The notes below the pieces were generated by a model, which saw only the letters and a program-made list of their open reading frames with translations, searched no databases and had not been told where the DNA came from. Positions 1 through 12,795 of a stretch of DNA of 64,000 bases are shown here, one piece after another (positions within the stretch are counted from its first letter, which is position 1; each line of letters starts with the position of its first letter). Source of the DNA: Chiloscyllium plagiosum (lineage: Eukaryota). Location of the stretch: NCBI RefSeq assembly GCF_004010195.1, contig NC_057719.1, forward strand, positions 73,087,446 through 73,151,445, written 5' to 3'. The translations under genes and the position numbers were made by a program.

Positions 1-827
1 TCCTTATATGATCAGTCATAAGTGGTGCTGAACATTGTGGAGGATATACCCTGTACAGATTTCCATATTGTTGGTGAGATGTTAGTGTTGTAGATGTACT
101 GGGGATCCCTAGCCAACAAGTCCTTCAGTGAGACTTGAGTAGTGTGGGAGATCATGCCAACACTGGATATAATAAAGACCATGCATTCTGCCATCTTGAC
201 AGTAGTACTGAAGATTGGGCTGCAGAACTATCAATCTGGTGAAGCTACAATACACGACAATTGCCTACTGCTTTTGTTATTTTGTGGCAATTAATGTAGC
301 TTCACCAGGTTGGCATCTCATCGTTAAATAAGCCTGGTGATGCTTCTGGCATAATCTCCCGCACTCTTCAGTCGGTTCTAGTGCTGTCTCTGAGCTAGGT
401 TATCCAGGTTAAAGTGTCACTCCAGATTGTGTTGAATGGGATATCCCTGAAGCAGTTTAAAAGATCGATCATTTGTCTAATAATCCATCCAACCCTTCCT
501 TACTATTCTCCAAAGACTGAAAATGGTATATGAAAATGTAAAACAAACAAATAGAAGTTGTGCTTCAGCTGTACAAAGAAATTAGCTGATACCTGGAATA
601 CTATGTTCAGATCTAGGCAAAACCTGCTTTGAAGAATGTATTGGCTTTTAAGGGGGTTCAGCATAAATCTACCCACATTCTTAGACTCCAGGAGTTAACT
701 TGCAAGGGAAAGATTTAACAAAATTGTTCTGTATTCTGTGTTTGTAGAATGTCATGACGTAATATGATAAAAGTTTTCAAAATTTTAAAGGAACAGCTAG
801 GCCAGACTGGACATAGAGAAATTAGGA

Positions 828-1039
828 GGGTGCTGCTGGAAAACCACAGCCAGTCAGGCAGCATCCGAGGAGCAGGAAAATCGACATTTCGGGCAAAAGC
901 CCTTCATCAGGATGTTCCTGAAGATTTTTTTGCCCAAAATGTCGATTTTCATGCTCCTCGGATGCTGCCTGACCGGCTGTGGTTTTCCAGCACCACACTC
1001 TTGGCTCTAATCTCCAGTATCTGCAGTCCTCACTTTCGC
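828..1039. mobile_element. Palindromic Penelope-like pLTR insertion, family A, with a hammerhead core
   Basis: Inverted arms at about 828-912 and 916-998. Core CTGATGA-A-GGGCTTTTGCCC-GAAA on - at 887-910. Perfect 16-bp target-site duplication (TSD) catagagaaattagga at 812-827 and 1040-1055. Confidence 0.8.
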
Positions 1040-1109
1040 CATAGAGAAATTAGGACTTGGGGCATAGTCAATAAATTAGTGCAGGAGTGAAAACTGCCTC
1101 ACACAAAAG

Positions 1110-1464
1110 TATCAGAATCATAGAGTCCATACAGTGTGGAAACAGGCCCTTCGACCCAACAAGTCCACACCGACCCTCCGAAGAGTAATCTACCCAGACC
1201 AATTCCCCTATCCTATTTCTTTACATTTACCCCTGACTAAAGCACCTAACCTACACATTCCTGAACACTATGGACAATTTAGCTTGGCCGATTCACCTAA
1301 CCTGCACGTCTTTGGACTGTGAGAGGAAACCGGAGCAATCGGAGGAAACCCAAGCAGACACGGGGAGAATGTGCAAACTCCACACGGACAGTTGCCTGAG
1401 GGCAGAATCAAACCTGGGTCCCTGGTGCTGTGAGGCAGCAGTGCTAACCACTGAGCCACCATGG
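1110..1464 (-). mobile_element. tRNA-derived HE1/V-SINE-like SINE
   Basis: Reverse complement shows A box TGGCTCAGTGG, a B-box-like motif, the V-domain-like GTGTGGAGTTTGCAC...GGGTTTCCTCC, and a CR1-like tail. Confidence 0.85.
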
Positions 1465-1836
1465 TGAACGAATTCTTTTCCGAAATTGTTACCAGATTAA
1501 TTGTTAATTTTAAAACTGAATTTGATGCGTCTTAGTTAGCCAAAGGTATTAAGGGATATAGGTTAAAGCTGGATTTATGGGGTTAGGTTGCAATCATTGA
1601 ATGTTGGAACAGCTTAAGGATTTAAACAGCCTACACCTGCTTCAGTGTTTTTGTGAAACATTAAAATATTTTTCATCACTTCCTCTAATGTTACGGGAGC
1701 CAAGAGTTGATCAATATATTGGATGGTGACTGACAATAACAACATTTTGTAAAACACAGAAAGTCCATTCATGGGCAAAATAAAATGTAGGCTAAACTGT
1801 CACCTGTTTTATTTATTCTGCCCTACTTAATGATGG

Positions 1837-1951
1837 AGGAGAAAGTGAGGTCTGCAGATGCTGGAGATCAGAGCTGGAAATGTGTTGCTGGAAAGGCAGC
1901 ATCCAGGGAACAGGAGAATTGACGTTTCGGGCATAAGCCCTTCTTCAGGAA
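1837..1951 (-). mobile_element. Penelope-like pLTR fragment, family A, with a hammerhead core
   Basis: Core CTGAAGA-A-GGGCTTATGCCC-GAAACGTC on - at 1921-1948. 15-bp TSD cctacttaatgatgg at 1822-1836 and 1982-1996. Confidence 0.8.
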
Positions 1952-2885
1952 CTCATTGTGCAATGAGTTGTCATTACACTGCCTACTTAATGATGGCAGT
2001 GTAATGACAACTCATTGCACAAGGTAGTTTGTCAGTGATTATTGAAGTTGTTCACTTAAACATCTTTTATCAAGTCTTCCTGTTCTGAATGTATACTGAT
2101 TTGTGTATTATGGAAATTGTAAGACACTTGGATCCACATGCTATTTATTTAAAAACAAGAAAAAGTGAAGGAAAACAATGAATCACTTGTAATAAGTAAC
2201 ATTTTGATAGATTTATGACTGTCACCTTTCAGCCTGTACTTTGTCAAGTGGCCAGGATGGGTCGAGGCTTGCTTGGGGAGATAGTGACATAATTGTGTTG
2301 TTATTGGGTAGTAACCCCAAGCCGAAGGATAATGCATTAGTGATATAGATTCAAATCTCAATGCAGACGATGGGAAATTTGAATTCAATAATGTCTGAAA
2401 TTTAAATGCTTGCATAGTAATGGTCAGGAAATCACTGTTGATTGTTGCAAAAACACATTTGGTTCACTCATGTCCACTGTCTAGGCAGGCAATTCTGGTT
2501 AGGCCTACAGGTAACTCCAGACCACAGTACTATGATTGACTCTTAATTGCCCTCAGAAATGCCCTAGTAAGCTTATTAATTAAAGCAAAACTGTTTCAAT
2601 GCGGAAGGAGAGGAAAGAAATTGAAAAGACTGCCTTCAATAGATCTAGGCACCAGAAAGGACAATGGCCTTCTTAATCCTGCAAAATCCTCCATCCTAGC
2701 ATGTGGGGCTCCTATCAAAATTGCAATAGACTGGTCAAGCAATGGCCTAATATAGTCATACTCAAAGAATCATGCCTTCCAGTCACCACCATCACCGTCC
2801 TTTGGTATGAAGTTCCTATCATGTGATATTCGTGCCACACAAGTGGCCGAACCACCTTCTTCAACAAGAGAGAATCTAACCATTG

Positions 2886-4030
2886 CTGCATAGATGTCAT
2901 ATACATGGACTTTAGTAAGGCATTTGATAAGGTACCCCATAGTAGACTGATGAAGAAGGTGAAGTAGCATGGAGTCCAGGGTGTTCTAGTTAGACAGATG
3001 GAGAACTGGTTAGGCAACAGGTAACAGAGAGTAATATTGGTAGGGAGCTTTTCAAAATGGAGACCCACACGGATCTGTGCTGGGACCACTGTTGCTTGTG
3101 ATATACATAAATGATTAGCAAATTTGCAGATGACACTAAGATTGGTGGAGCAGCAAATAGTGAAGGGGACTGTCAGAGAATACAGCAGAATATAGATAGA
3201 TTGGAGAGTTGGGCAGAGAAATGGCAGATGGAGTTCAATCTGGACAAATGCAAAGTAATGCATTTTGGAAGATGCAATTCAAGAGTGAACTATACAGTAA
3301 ATGGAAAAGTCCTTGGAAAAATTGATGTACAGAGAAATCTGGGTGTTCAGGTCTATTGTTCCCTGAAGGTTGCAACGCAGGTCAGTAGAGTGGTCAAGAA
3401 GGCATATGGCATGCTTTCCTTCATCAGATGGAGTACTGAGTACAAGAGTTAGCAGGTCATGTTACAGTTGTATCAGAGTTTCGTTCAGCCACATTTGGAA
3501 TACTGCGTACAGTTCTGGTCACCAAAAGGATGTGGATGCTTTGGAGAGGGTGCAGAGGAGGTTCACCAGGATGTTGCCTGGTATGGAGGGTGCTAGCTAT
3601 GAGGAGAGGTTGAGTAGATCAGGATTATTTTCATTGGAAAGAAGGAAGTTGAGGGGGGACCTGATTGAGGCCTACAAAATCATGAGAGATGTAGACAAGG
3701 TGGATGGCAAGAAAATTTTTCCAGAGTGGAGGACTCAATTACTCGGGGTCACGAGTTCAAAGTGAGAGGGGAAAGGTTTAGGGGAGATATACGTGGAAAA
3801 TTCTTCATGCAGAGGGTGGTGGGTGTCTGGAATGCGCTGCTCGCGGAAATTATGGGGCGGGAACGATCGTGTCACTTAAGATGTACCTAGACAGATACAT
3901 GAATGGCCTGGGAGCAAAGGGATGCAGATCCTGAGAAAATAGCCGGCAGTTTTAGATGGAGGATCTGGATCGGCGCAGGGTTGGCCGGGCAAAGGGCCTG
4001 TTCCTGTGCTGTAAGGTTCTTTGTTCTTTG
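2886..4030 (+). mobile_element. 5'-truncated CR1 LINE (RT C-terminal part and 3' UTR)
   Basis: [21 protein letters not shown] and LERVQRRFTRMLPG motifs, broken by frameshifts and stops. Confidence 0.9.
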
Positions 4031-6472
4031 CTTGATATTCAATGGGACTATCATTGTGGAAACCCTGCCACACTTCAACTATCAATATTATGGGATTTAC
4101 CATTGAACAGAATCTAAACTGGACTCACCAAATGAATAATATAAATAACAAAGCAGGTGTGAGGTTAGGAGACCTGCAGCAAGTAACACACCTCCTGCCT
4201 CTCCAAAGCCTGTTACCATCTACAAGGCAGAAGTCAGGAGCGTGATGAAATATTCCCCACAGCACTCAAGAAGTTTGACATTATGCAGGATAAGGCAGTC
4301 CAGTTAATTGGCATCATGTCCACAAATATTCACTCCCACCACCATTGACACTCAGTCGCAACAGAGTAAACCATCTACAAGATGCACTGCAGAAATTCAC
4401 AAAGGCTCCTTACACAGCATTTTCAAAGTCTCACTTATGATTATCTAGGGGGATAAGGGCAGCAGAATGGTGAGGTTCCACTGAACCATCTTGATGTAGC
4501 TTTCAGCGGATCAATAGAGACATAAAAGTCACAGAGTTTTGTACATTCAGTGCAGTTTCAAAAGACAGCTTCTTGTGAGCAAGAGGAAATGTGCAGATCA
4601 CCCAGGGTGCTAAAAGCATGCCAGTCCACCTGACCATGCACAATGACCAGGTTGCCTTTGGGGAGGTTGAAGGAGAACATTTCTAATGGAGCCTTGGCAT
4701 GGTGGTGGCACCTCATTAACTCCTAGAACTTGCCATCCATCCCCTTGTGTGTGTGGCAATGGCATTTATGCAGAATGCCAAGACATGCAGCCCTCATGCA
4801 GTGATTGTTGGCTTATGCTGAAGGGGCAGTTTCTTGATAGCATTTGTCTCCCTTGCTGCATTTCTTCCCACAAACCTGGGAGATGATGAGCTGGCAATTA
4901 GGCAAAATAGTATTTTGGCTCCATGAATTCAAGAGATTGGATTGTGATTACCTGAGCACTGTTGATTTCAAAACATTAATCAGTCAGTTCAGATATTATA
5001 ACACATCATTATCCTGGATGGACCACAGTCCATTCATTGGTTCCTGATTAATAGGAGCCCATTTAGTTGGCCAAAATATGCAGGTTGGAATTCCAACCCC
5101 AAACAGAAATTCCTCCCACCCTGCCTGCAGCCATTTTGACTTCAACAGAGTTTAGCACAATCAGTTTGAGATTCACCATCCTTGTTGGACCATTCAAGGA
5201 TAAACTGCTACCTCTGAGAACCACTACCTCCTCCCATTATCACCTATCCTCACCAATTCACCATCCATGTTGTCCCTATGACCCTCCAACTCTTTGACCT
5301 TATTGTGCCAGGCCAATCACTGTCACCACTCGTGTCTCCACACCTTCCCCAAAGCTCCTCAACAGCTCCCTCTGCTGCATCAGACACTCCCCCCACCCCC
5401 AACACCGAGTCCTAGATATGACAGGCCTCGGGATGGACGACATCCAGAACTGACCCTTCTCCAGCCTGGAAAGACTGCAGATCCTCACCCCTTATACACT
5501 GTGGAGCCCAGCAACTCCAGACTGACCTCAAGTGTTCAAATGTAAAATGATTCAAAAAGCAAAAGATCAAGCTGTAAAATAATTGCAAAAATTCTGTTAC
5601 AAAACAACAATGACATAATGCAAAACCTTAAATTAACTTGAAAATACCTCCCAAAGATAACACACAGCTTCAACACGCAGTACAAACTTCCTTCATCAGT
5701 ACTCCAATTACATAACCCCAGTGACTAGTTGATGTGGATACATTCTAGTGTGGTCATATGAAATAGAATGGAAAGAAGGTGATGCTAAAATATGGCAACA
5801 AAAAGCCATGCAGCACAATCAGAAAGTGCTACCAGGTTTAAATCTTTAATATGTTGTAGGTATCAAATGTTGCATTTGAGCGTTTATTTTGAACTCTACA
5901 GCTTCATTCAACAAATGTTTTTGATCCTTTCAGGTACCGATCATCCACAGGAGTGGGCGTTTTGGAGAATGGCTGGTAGATAACCACCTGAGACAAGCAA
6001 AACCAGCCCTGTGTAAGGAGATCAAGAGAAACTTTGAAGCAGGAAGTAGTTTCTCGATTCAAAGCACATAGGAACACCCAGCTGTCAGAGAAAAGCTTTT
6101 TTCCACAAATAATTAATCACCACACAAACATTCAAGGAGCAAACAAATCACTGACACTTGATTTTCTTAATCAAAACTGCAATTGAAGGGGCACCTCAAT
6201 CACATTTCGAGCTCAGTTGTCCTTAGCAACAAATGCAATCACCATTTCCAACTTGAACAGGAACCAAATTACTTTTTAATCTCTCAAGTTTCATGGAATT
6301 ACAATTACTTATTGTAAAATGTAACTATGTTTACAAAGTATACCGTAATTAAAATCATTGATATTGTTCTCCAAATTGTCAGAGGAGCTACATTCAGTTG
6401 TTACTTCAATCCAAGGCATCATCTGTCAATTGAAGCTGACATAAATAAATTTCTGTGGTACTATTTAAAATC

Positions 6473-7473
6473 ACAGAGTCATGGAGATGTACAGCATGGA
6501 AACAGACCCTTCAGTCCAACTCGTCCATGTCGACCAGATACCCAACCTAATCTAGTGCCATTTACCAGCACTTGGCCCATATTCTTCTAAAACCTTCCCA
6601 TTCATATGCCCATCCAGATGCCTTTTAAGTGCTGTACTCGTACCAGCCACCACCACTTCCTCTGGCAGCTCATTCCATACATGCACCATCCTCTGTGTGA
6701 AAAGATTGCCCCTTAGGTCCCTTTTATATCTTTCCCCTCTTACCCTAAATCTATGCCCTCTAGTTCTGGACTCCCCCACCGCAGGGAAAAGACCTTGCCT
6801 CTTTATCCTATCCATAGCCTCCTGATTTTATAAACCTCTATAAGGTCGCTCCTCAGACTCCGATACTCCAGGGAAAACAGCCCCAGCTTATGAGCCTTTC
6901 CCGATAGCTCATATCCTCCAACCCTGGCAACATCCTTGTAAATCTTTTCTGAACCCGCTCAAGTTTCACAATATCCTTCCAATAGGATGGAGACCAGAAT
7001 TGCATGCCATATTCCAAAAGCGGCCAAACCAATGTCCTGTACAGCTGCAACATTGGGCGGCATGGTGGCTCAGTGGTTAGCACTGCTGCCTCACAGTGCC
7101 AGAGACCCGGGTTCAATTCCCACCTCAGGCAACTGTCTGTGTGGAGTTTGCACATTCTCCCTGTGTCTGCGTGGGTTTCCTCTGGGTGGTCCGGTTTCCT
7201 CCCACGGTCCAAAGATGTGCAGGTTAGGTGAATTGGCCATGCTAAATTGCCCATAGAGTTAGGTGAAGGGGTAAATATAGGGGAATGGGTCTGGGTGGGT
7301 TACTCTTCGGAGGGTCGGTGTGGACTTTTTGGGCAGAAGGGCCTGTTCCACACTGTAAGTAATGTAATGTAATCTAATCTAAAAACATGACCACCCAACT
7401 CCTATACTCAATGCTCTGACCAATAAAGGAAAACATACCAAACGCCTGCCTCACTATCCTATCTACCTGCAAC
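6473..7473 (-). mobile_element. CR1 LINE 3' fragment with a nested SINE
   Basis: LERVQKRFTRMLPGLE and RTRGHRFRVRG...WNELP motifs on -. Confidence 0.9.
7055..7382 (+). mobile_element. HE1/V-SINE-like SINE inserted antisense in a CR1
   Basis: A box TGGCTCAGTGG, B box GGTTCAATTCC, (AATCT)n-type tail. Flanking aacat duplication at 7049-7053 and 7384-7388. Confidence 0.9.
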
Positions 7474-9639
7474 TTTACTGGAGATTTCTTATGATAGTTT
7501 GGCTACGATTCCTTTCTCAACCAGTATCAACAAAATGATCCCCTAGTTTTCTGCCACAACAATGATCAGAATTCAAGGTTAATCAATTGGTTGCAAAGTG
7601 CTTCACAGCATCGTAATGAGGTTCCACAGAAATTCAAGTTTCTACTTTTATCAATTTACTACGATTTTAAAAATAACTTTACATTCATTAATTCACATAA
7701 AATTCCAAAGATTTAAAGAAATCAATTAGCTTCTCATAGCTTGGAAGCAAGGGATTTCTCCACAATGTTCATTACTCCATTCACAAAGTCAGCCAAATAT
7801 GACGATATAGCAAAACAGATTCCCACTTGTTACAATAAGTAACATTTAGAGAAACCATTCTCTACCAAGTGATCAAACATTAATGTGAATGATTGAGTCT
7901 AGGAATGGTAATTCAGGCTAAATAGGCTGGCAAGTTTTATTAAGACATGCAATCAGACACTTGACCCATCATCCATACAGCAGTGACTTCCTCACATTAA
8001 CCGGAAAGCAACTATATTGCACATTATCTAACTGGATGATTCAGACCATCAGTTATACCAATTCCAACATCCTTGCAAACTGACTAAACATTAAAAATAG
8101 CACATCTCATTTTTGTTTCCTTTACAGTTGTTCAGTCACACAGATCTTGAATATTACAGGAAAAGAAGAATTTGCTGAAGATTTTCAACTTGCACTCAGG
8201 ATAAATGCAAGAATACCAAATTTCAAACCATCATATCAATTTGTATGACTGAAGAAAAAGGTACTCAGTGACTTGGGTAGTCTACAGTTCTCCAGTGCTC
8301 TCTCCATGGGAAAGGCTTGATCAATCACATTTGATTTGCCAATCATTCAGCTCTTCTCAGTGAAACACCATCCACTCTGGATAGGTGTCTCCACTGTTGT
8401 CACCATGTTTTAGTATTGGATTGTCTATGCATATAAGCTCAGGCCAGACCAAAAAGCATTTCTTCAAACACTATTTATTTACACTATATGCATTGGGATC
8501 TTGCAGCTGACATCGCCATCCTAAAATTCTTTAGTTCCAACACCCTGGTAGAGTTTCGCTCATATGACTCTAGTGTCACTGTTACCTCACAGCGTATCTC
8601 AGAGACTAAACTGCATATTCCTTAAACACAATCTCTACAAACAATACCTCACAAATCTCCTCCTTGGTCTTTCTAAGAACACTTTGATACTCTTTGTTGC
8701 AGAGGGTTTTTTTCAAACTCCTTCAGCCTGTCTTCACAGCTCTGTTTTTTTTTATCTAAAAATTGCTCCTTTTACACAAGATGTCATTGTTTGCAGAAAG
8801 CATGTTGTTCATATCTTCCCTTATAAAGACTTCAAGGGAACAAACATTCTATGTCATTTTCATCAAAACTCTGTTCAACTTCTACAACATTGCTATCCTC
8901 TGGTCTGATCTCAGCTCACCCTGTTGCTGAATCATTGATTCATGCTTTTGTTGGCTCCAGGCTCAACTTTTCTCATATTCTCTTGGTTAGTATGCAACCC
9001 TCCACTCTTCACATCTGGCTGAATTTGTCAACCAGGTGACACCATGGTGTCCTTTGCCCAGTTAAGTTAATGGATTATCTTATTACAGGCACAGAGATAT
9101 CATCCCCAAACATAACCTTCTTCTGGAGAATTGGCTAAATATTCAATCCCAGATCTTGGTTTTGAATATACCTTTGCACAACCTGATGTGAGTGCAGCAA
9201 ATTCCTGAGGAGCTCATCCTACTCTGACCAATGTTACTTTCATTTGGATTTAACTGCATATTCACCTCAATACAGTTATGTTTATCTTATGGAAATTTGT
9301 TACAGGTATAGTTGCTCTGCATAATGAAAAATAGAGAATGACATCAACAATATCATAACACATGTCACTGCAGAGCAATGGCAACAATTCAGTCAAACAG
9401 AATAAGGAGAGGTGGAAAATAAAGTCATGCTTCCAGATCAGGTACCAACAACGAATGCATAATATGACCATGTTCTCTGTGATGAAATCTGCTATTTTTG
9501 CTCATTTTTCTGTACGGAGTAAGCCAGCAATCAATGGCCAGTAACATCCATAGAACAGACAGTTCTAAAGTTGCTGGTTGGCAACATTCAATTCTGCCTG
9601 ACAATAGGGTGGGGGCATACTGCAAAATTTTAAATAAGA

Positions 9640-11090
9640 CAATTAGATATAAGAGCAGAATTAGGCCATTCAGCCCATTTGAGTTTGCTCTGCCATCCAA
9701 TCATCGCTGATATGATTTTCAACCTCATTCTCCTGCCTTATTTCCATAACCCTTGATTCCCTTACCAATCAAGAACATAACTGTCTCTGTCTTAAATATA
9801 TTCAATGACTTAGCCTCCACAGCACGGTGCAGCACTAAGTTGCACAGATTAACTACTCTCTGGCTCAAGAAATTCCTTCTTATCTCAATTCTAAAGGGTG
9901 GTCCCTTCACCCTGAGGATGGACCCCCTCCAAGGTCAGCACACCTTCATCAGATACGAGGTCCAAACTGCTCACAATATTCCAAAAGTGGCCTGACCAAA
10001 ACCTTTTATACCATCTGCTGTTCATCTTTGCTCATGTACTTTAGATCTCTTGAAATAAAAGAAACTTTGCATTTGCCTTCTAAACTGCCAACTGAACCTG
10101 CATGTTAACCTCAAGAACCAGACTTCCCAAATTTGCTTCAGATTTATTAAGCCTTTTCCCGTTTAGAAAATAGACTCTGCCTCTACTCTTCCACCAAAGT
10201 GCATAATCTCACATTTTCCCATATTGTATTCCATCTGCCACATCTTTGCCCAAGTCCAAGGAGCATCCCCATTTCCTCAATGCTCCTAGTCCCTCCACAT
10301 ATCTTTGAGCCATCTAGAACCCATGCAACAATTCCCTCAGTTCCTTCACCTGGTTTGCTAATGCATAACATGAAGAGATGTGGTCCCAACACAGACCCTT
10401 GAGTACCTCCACTAGTCATTGACTGCCATTCTGAAAAAGAACCCTTTATCCCTACTCTTTGCCATCTGCTAGTCAGCCAACCCTCTATCCATGCCCGTAC
10501 GTTTCTCCAAACACCATATGCTCTTATCTTATTTAGCAGATTCCTGAGCAGCATCTCGTCAAACGCCTTCTGAAAATCCAAACAGATCACGTTTTCTTTT
10601 GAAAAATCTACTCATCATCTCTTCAATGAATTGTAATAGATTTGCCAGGCATTACCTCTGATGAAGCTATGCTGACTCAGTCCTATTTAACCATGTAATT
10701 CCAAATACTTCACAGATATCATCTTTCAAAATGAACTGTAAAATCTTACCAATAAGTGAAGTCAGACTAACTGGCACATAGTTTCCTGTCTTCTCCTCCC
10801 TTCATCAATGGATGTGTTACATTAACCATTTTCCAGTCCTCTGCAAATCTCCTTGACACCAGTGATTACTGAAATCACCACCAATATCTCTACAATCTTC
10901 TCACCTATATTTTTTAGAACTTGAGTTATAGTCCATCTTGTCCTGGTGATTTATCCATGTTCAGACCTTTCAGCTTCCCCAGCACCTTTTCCTTAGTGAT
11001 GACCACTCGACTCCTCTTTGCCCGTGACTCTCTTGAAGTTCTACTATGGTTATTACTGTGAAAGCTGATGCAAAGTTCATGCACCATTTC
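9640..11090 (-). mobile_element. Degenerate CR1 LINE fragment
   Basis: LDFQKAFD and QGSVLGP motifs in ORF 10183-10590; CR1 3' end in ORF 9725-9910. Confidence 0.85.
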
Positions 11091-11473
11091 TTTGTTCTGT
11101 GTGGTAAGGATTCAGGGAACCCTTAACATTCATTCATGAGAGCTCACAGAAGTCCTGAAAGTTATAGGAGCTCAAATGAAACCATGTGCCATTAATAATT
11201 TAGTACAGTTGAGAGGAGTTGCAAATGCTCCCAAGTTATATTTGCAGCATGCATGTCAGCAAGATTCAATCTCAATGAAAAACCAGGGGGTGGAAACTTG
11301 GTAAAGGTAGATGTCTGTAAAGAGATGGAGTTTTGCTTCGGAATAATTATTGGAATGCAGTTTTAGAGCTTAGGATAGCATAGACCCAGGAAATACAGGT
11401 GATTATCCAAAACAGGAGAATTTGTTGAGGCTGTCTATAATGGAACAATTCATAGTAATTGTGCCTGCAGCAA

Positions 11474-11561
11474 AATTTTACAAGAACAGTAAAATTGCAT
11501 TGATAGAGTTTCAAGGCAATTTTACAAGAACAGTAAAATTGCATTGATAGAGTTTCAAGGC
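11474..11561. repeat. Perfect 44-bp tandem duplication
   Basis: aattttacaagaacagtaaaattgcattgatagagtttcaaggc occurs twice in tandem. Confidence 0.95.
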
Positions 11562-11921
11562 CAGATCAGCAGGTGAAGAATGAAAAACTCCTATGAGGTT
11601 TAATGAGATTTGCCATATCGTGAAAATTGTGAAGGAATTGTTTAGAATTCCATAGAATCTATACAGGTCACATTTATTATTTGATATGCACTGTAAATTG
11701 TTTATTCACATTTTATTACTTCTGTGAACGGCATGTTAATTGTGGGTGTCAGAGTATAAGTTGCACATGAATTATTGATTGTATGACTGTTCTAACAGGT
11801 AAAGTTTATTGTTGTTTGTTCAAAACTGTGGAATTTTATAGCTTTACTCTCTACGTAAATCCCCTGGAAATCAAACATAGTCTTTGTAAAAAGGATTACC
11901 ATGCCACCAGACTAACTTCTA

Positions 11922-12035
11922 TTTATTTTTAATCAACCTGTTCAGAGATACTATTGTGCACGAGAGTAGGTGGAACTTAAACCTAGGCCTCCTGGCTCTG
12001 AGGTAGTGACACTAATACAGCACCACAAGGGCCCC
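11922..12035 (-). mobile_element. Short (about 110 bp) tRNA-derived SINE with A-rich tail and 15-bp TSD
   Basis: TSD ccagactaac(t/c)tcta at 11907-11921 and 12036-12050; T-rich tract at the left end. Related copies near 23420, 49115 and 56102. Confidence 0.7.
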
Positions 12036-12431
12036 CCAGACTAACCTCTATGCTACGACCTTAGAATGAGCCCTTCTGCAATTCTTATCCAAAATTCTCC
12101 ACTGTGCAAATTACACCAGGAACCAATTTAAAGTTATCAGTTGGGCTTGCAGTGGGATGCAGTGTGTGTGTGCTAGATGCTATACAATAACACATACAAT
12201 CCTGCTTTATATAGGCAAAGAAATTCCAACATACATTATGCCATTTCATTGGGAGAAAATAAAGGGCCGTGGAGATTACCAATCCCTGCTGCAATCCTAT
12301 GGCAACACCCTGATCAATCAGTTTCTCCTATTGTGAAGTCTGATCCCAAAAAAATGGACTGGTTCACCAGCCAATGTGTGAAACATGATGCTTCATTCAC
12401 TCAATGTTCAAAGTACACAAAAAATCAAATG

Positions 12432-12795
12432 CAATGTGACTTAATAGAGACATACAAGATAATCAGAGGGTTAGATAGGGTGGACAGGGAGAGCCTTTTC
12501 CCAAGTATGGGGACGGCAAACACGAGGGAACACAACTTTAAAGTGTGGGGAGATGGGTATAAGATAGATGTCAGAGGTAGTTTCTTTACTCAGAGAGTAG
12601 TAAGGGTATGGAATGCTTTGTCTGCATCGGTAGTAGATCCGCCAAGTTTAAGTGCATTTAAGTCGTCATTGGACAGGCAAATGGACGTACATGGAATAGT
12701 GTAGGTGGGATGGGCTTCACATTAGTATGACAGGGCGGTGCAACATCGAGGGCCGAAGGGCCTGTACTGCGCTGTAATATTCTGTGGTCTATGTC
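12432..12795 (+). mobile_element. CR1 LINE 3' end
   Basis: DLIETYKIIRGLDRVD...FFTQRVVRVWNAL in ORF 12177-12704. Confidence 0.88.

Larger units (their letters stand above)
560..1640 (+). mobile_element. Old, degenerate CR1-type LINE 3' fragment interrupted by a PLE palindrome and a SINE
   Basis: Decayed LYK...LEY.VQ-like coding remnants at 570-620 and a CR1-like 3' UTR (aaaggtattaagggatat) near 1541. Confidence 0.55.

Noticed and set aside
5210..5545. C-rich stretch with a Pro-rich ORF
   Set aside because: Low-complexity, strand-biased sequence like 50300-50680 in reverse, probably a decayed repeat. No coding evidence.
7055..7130. tRNA-like A/B boxes here and at other SINE heads
   Set aside because: They run on into SINE bodies and tails, so they are not tRNA genes.
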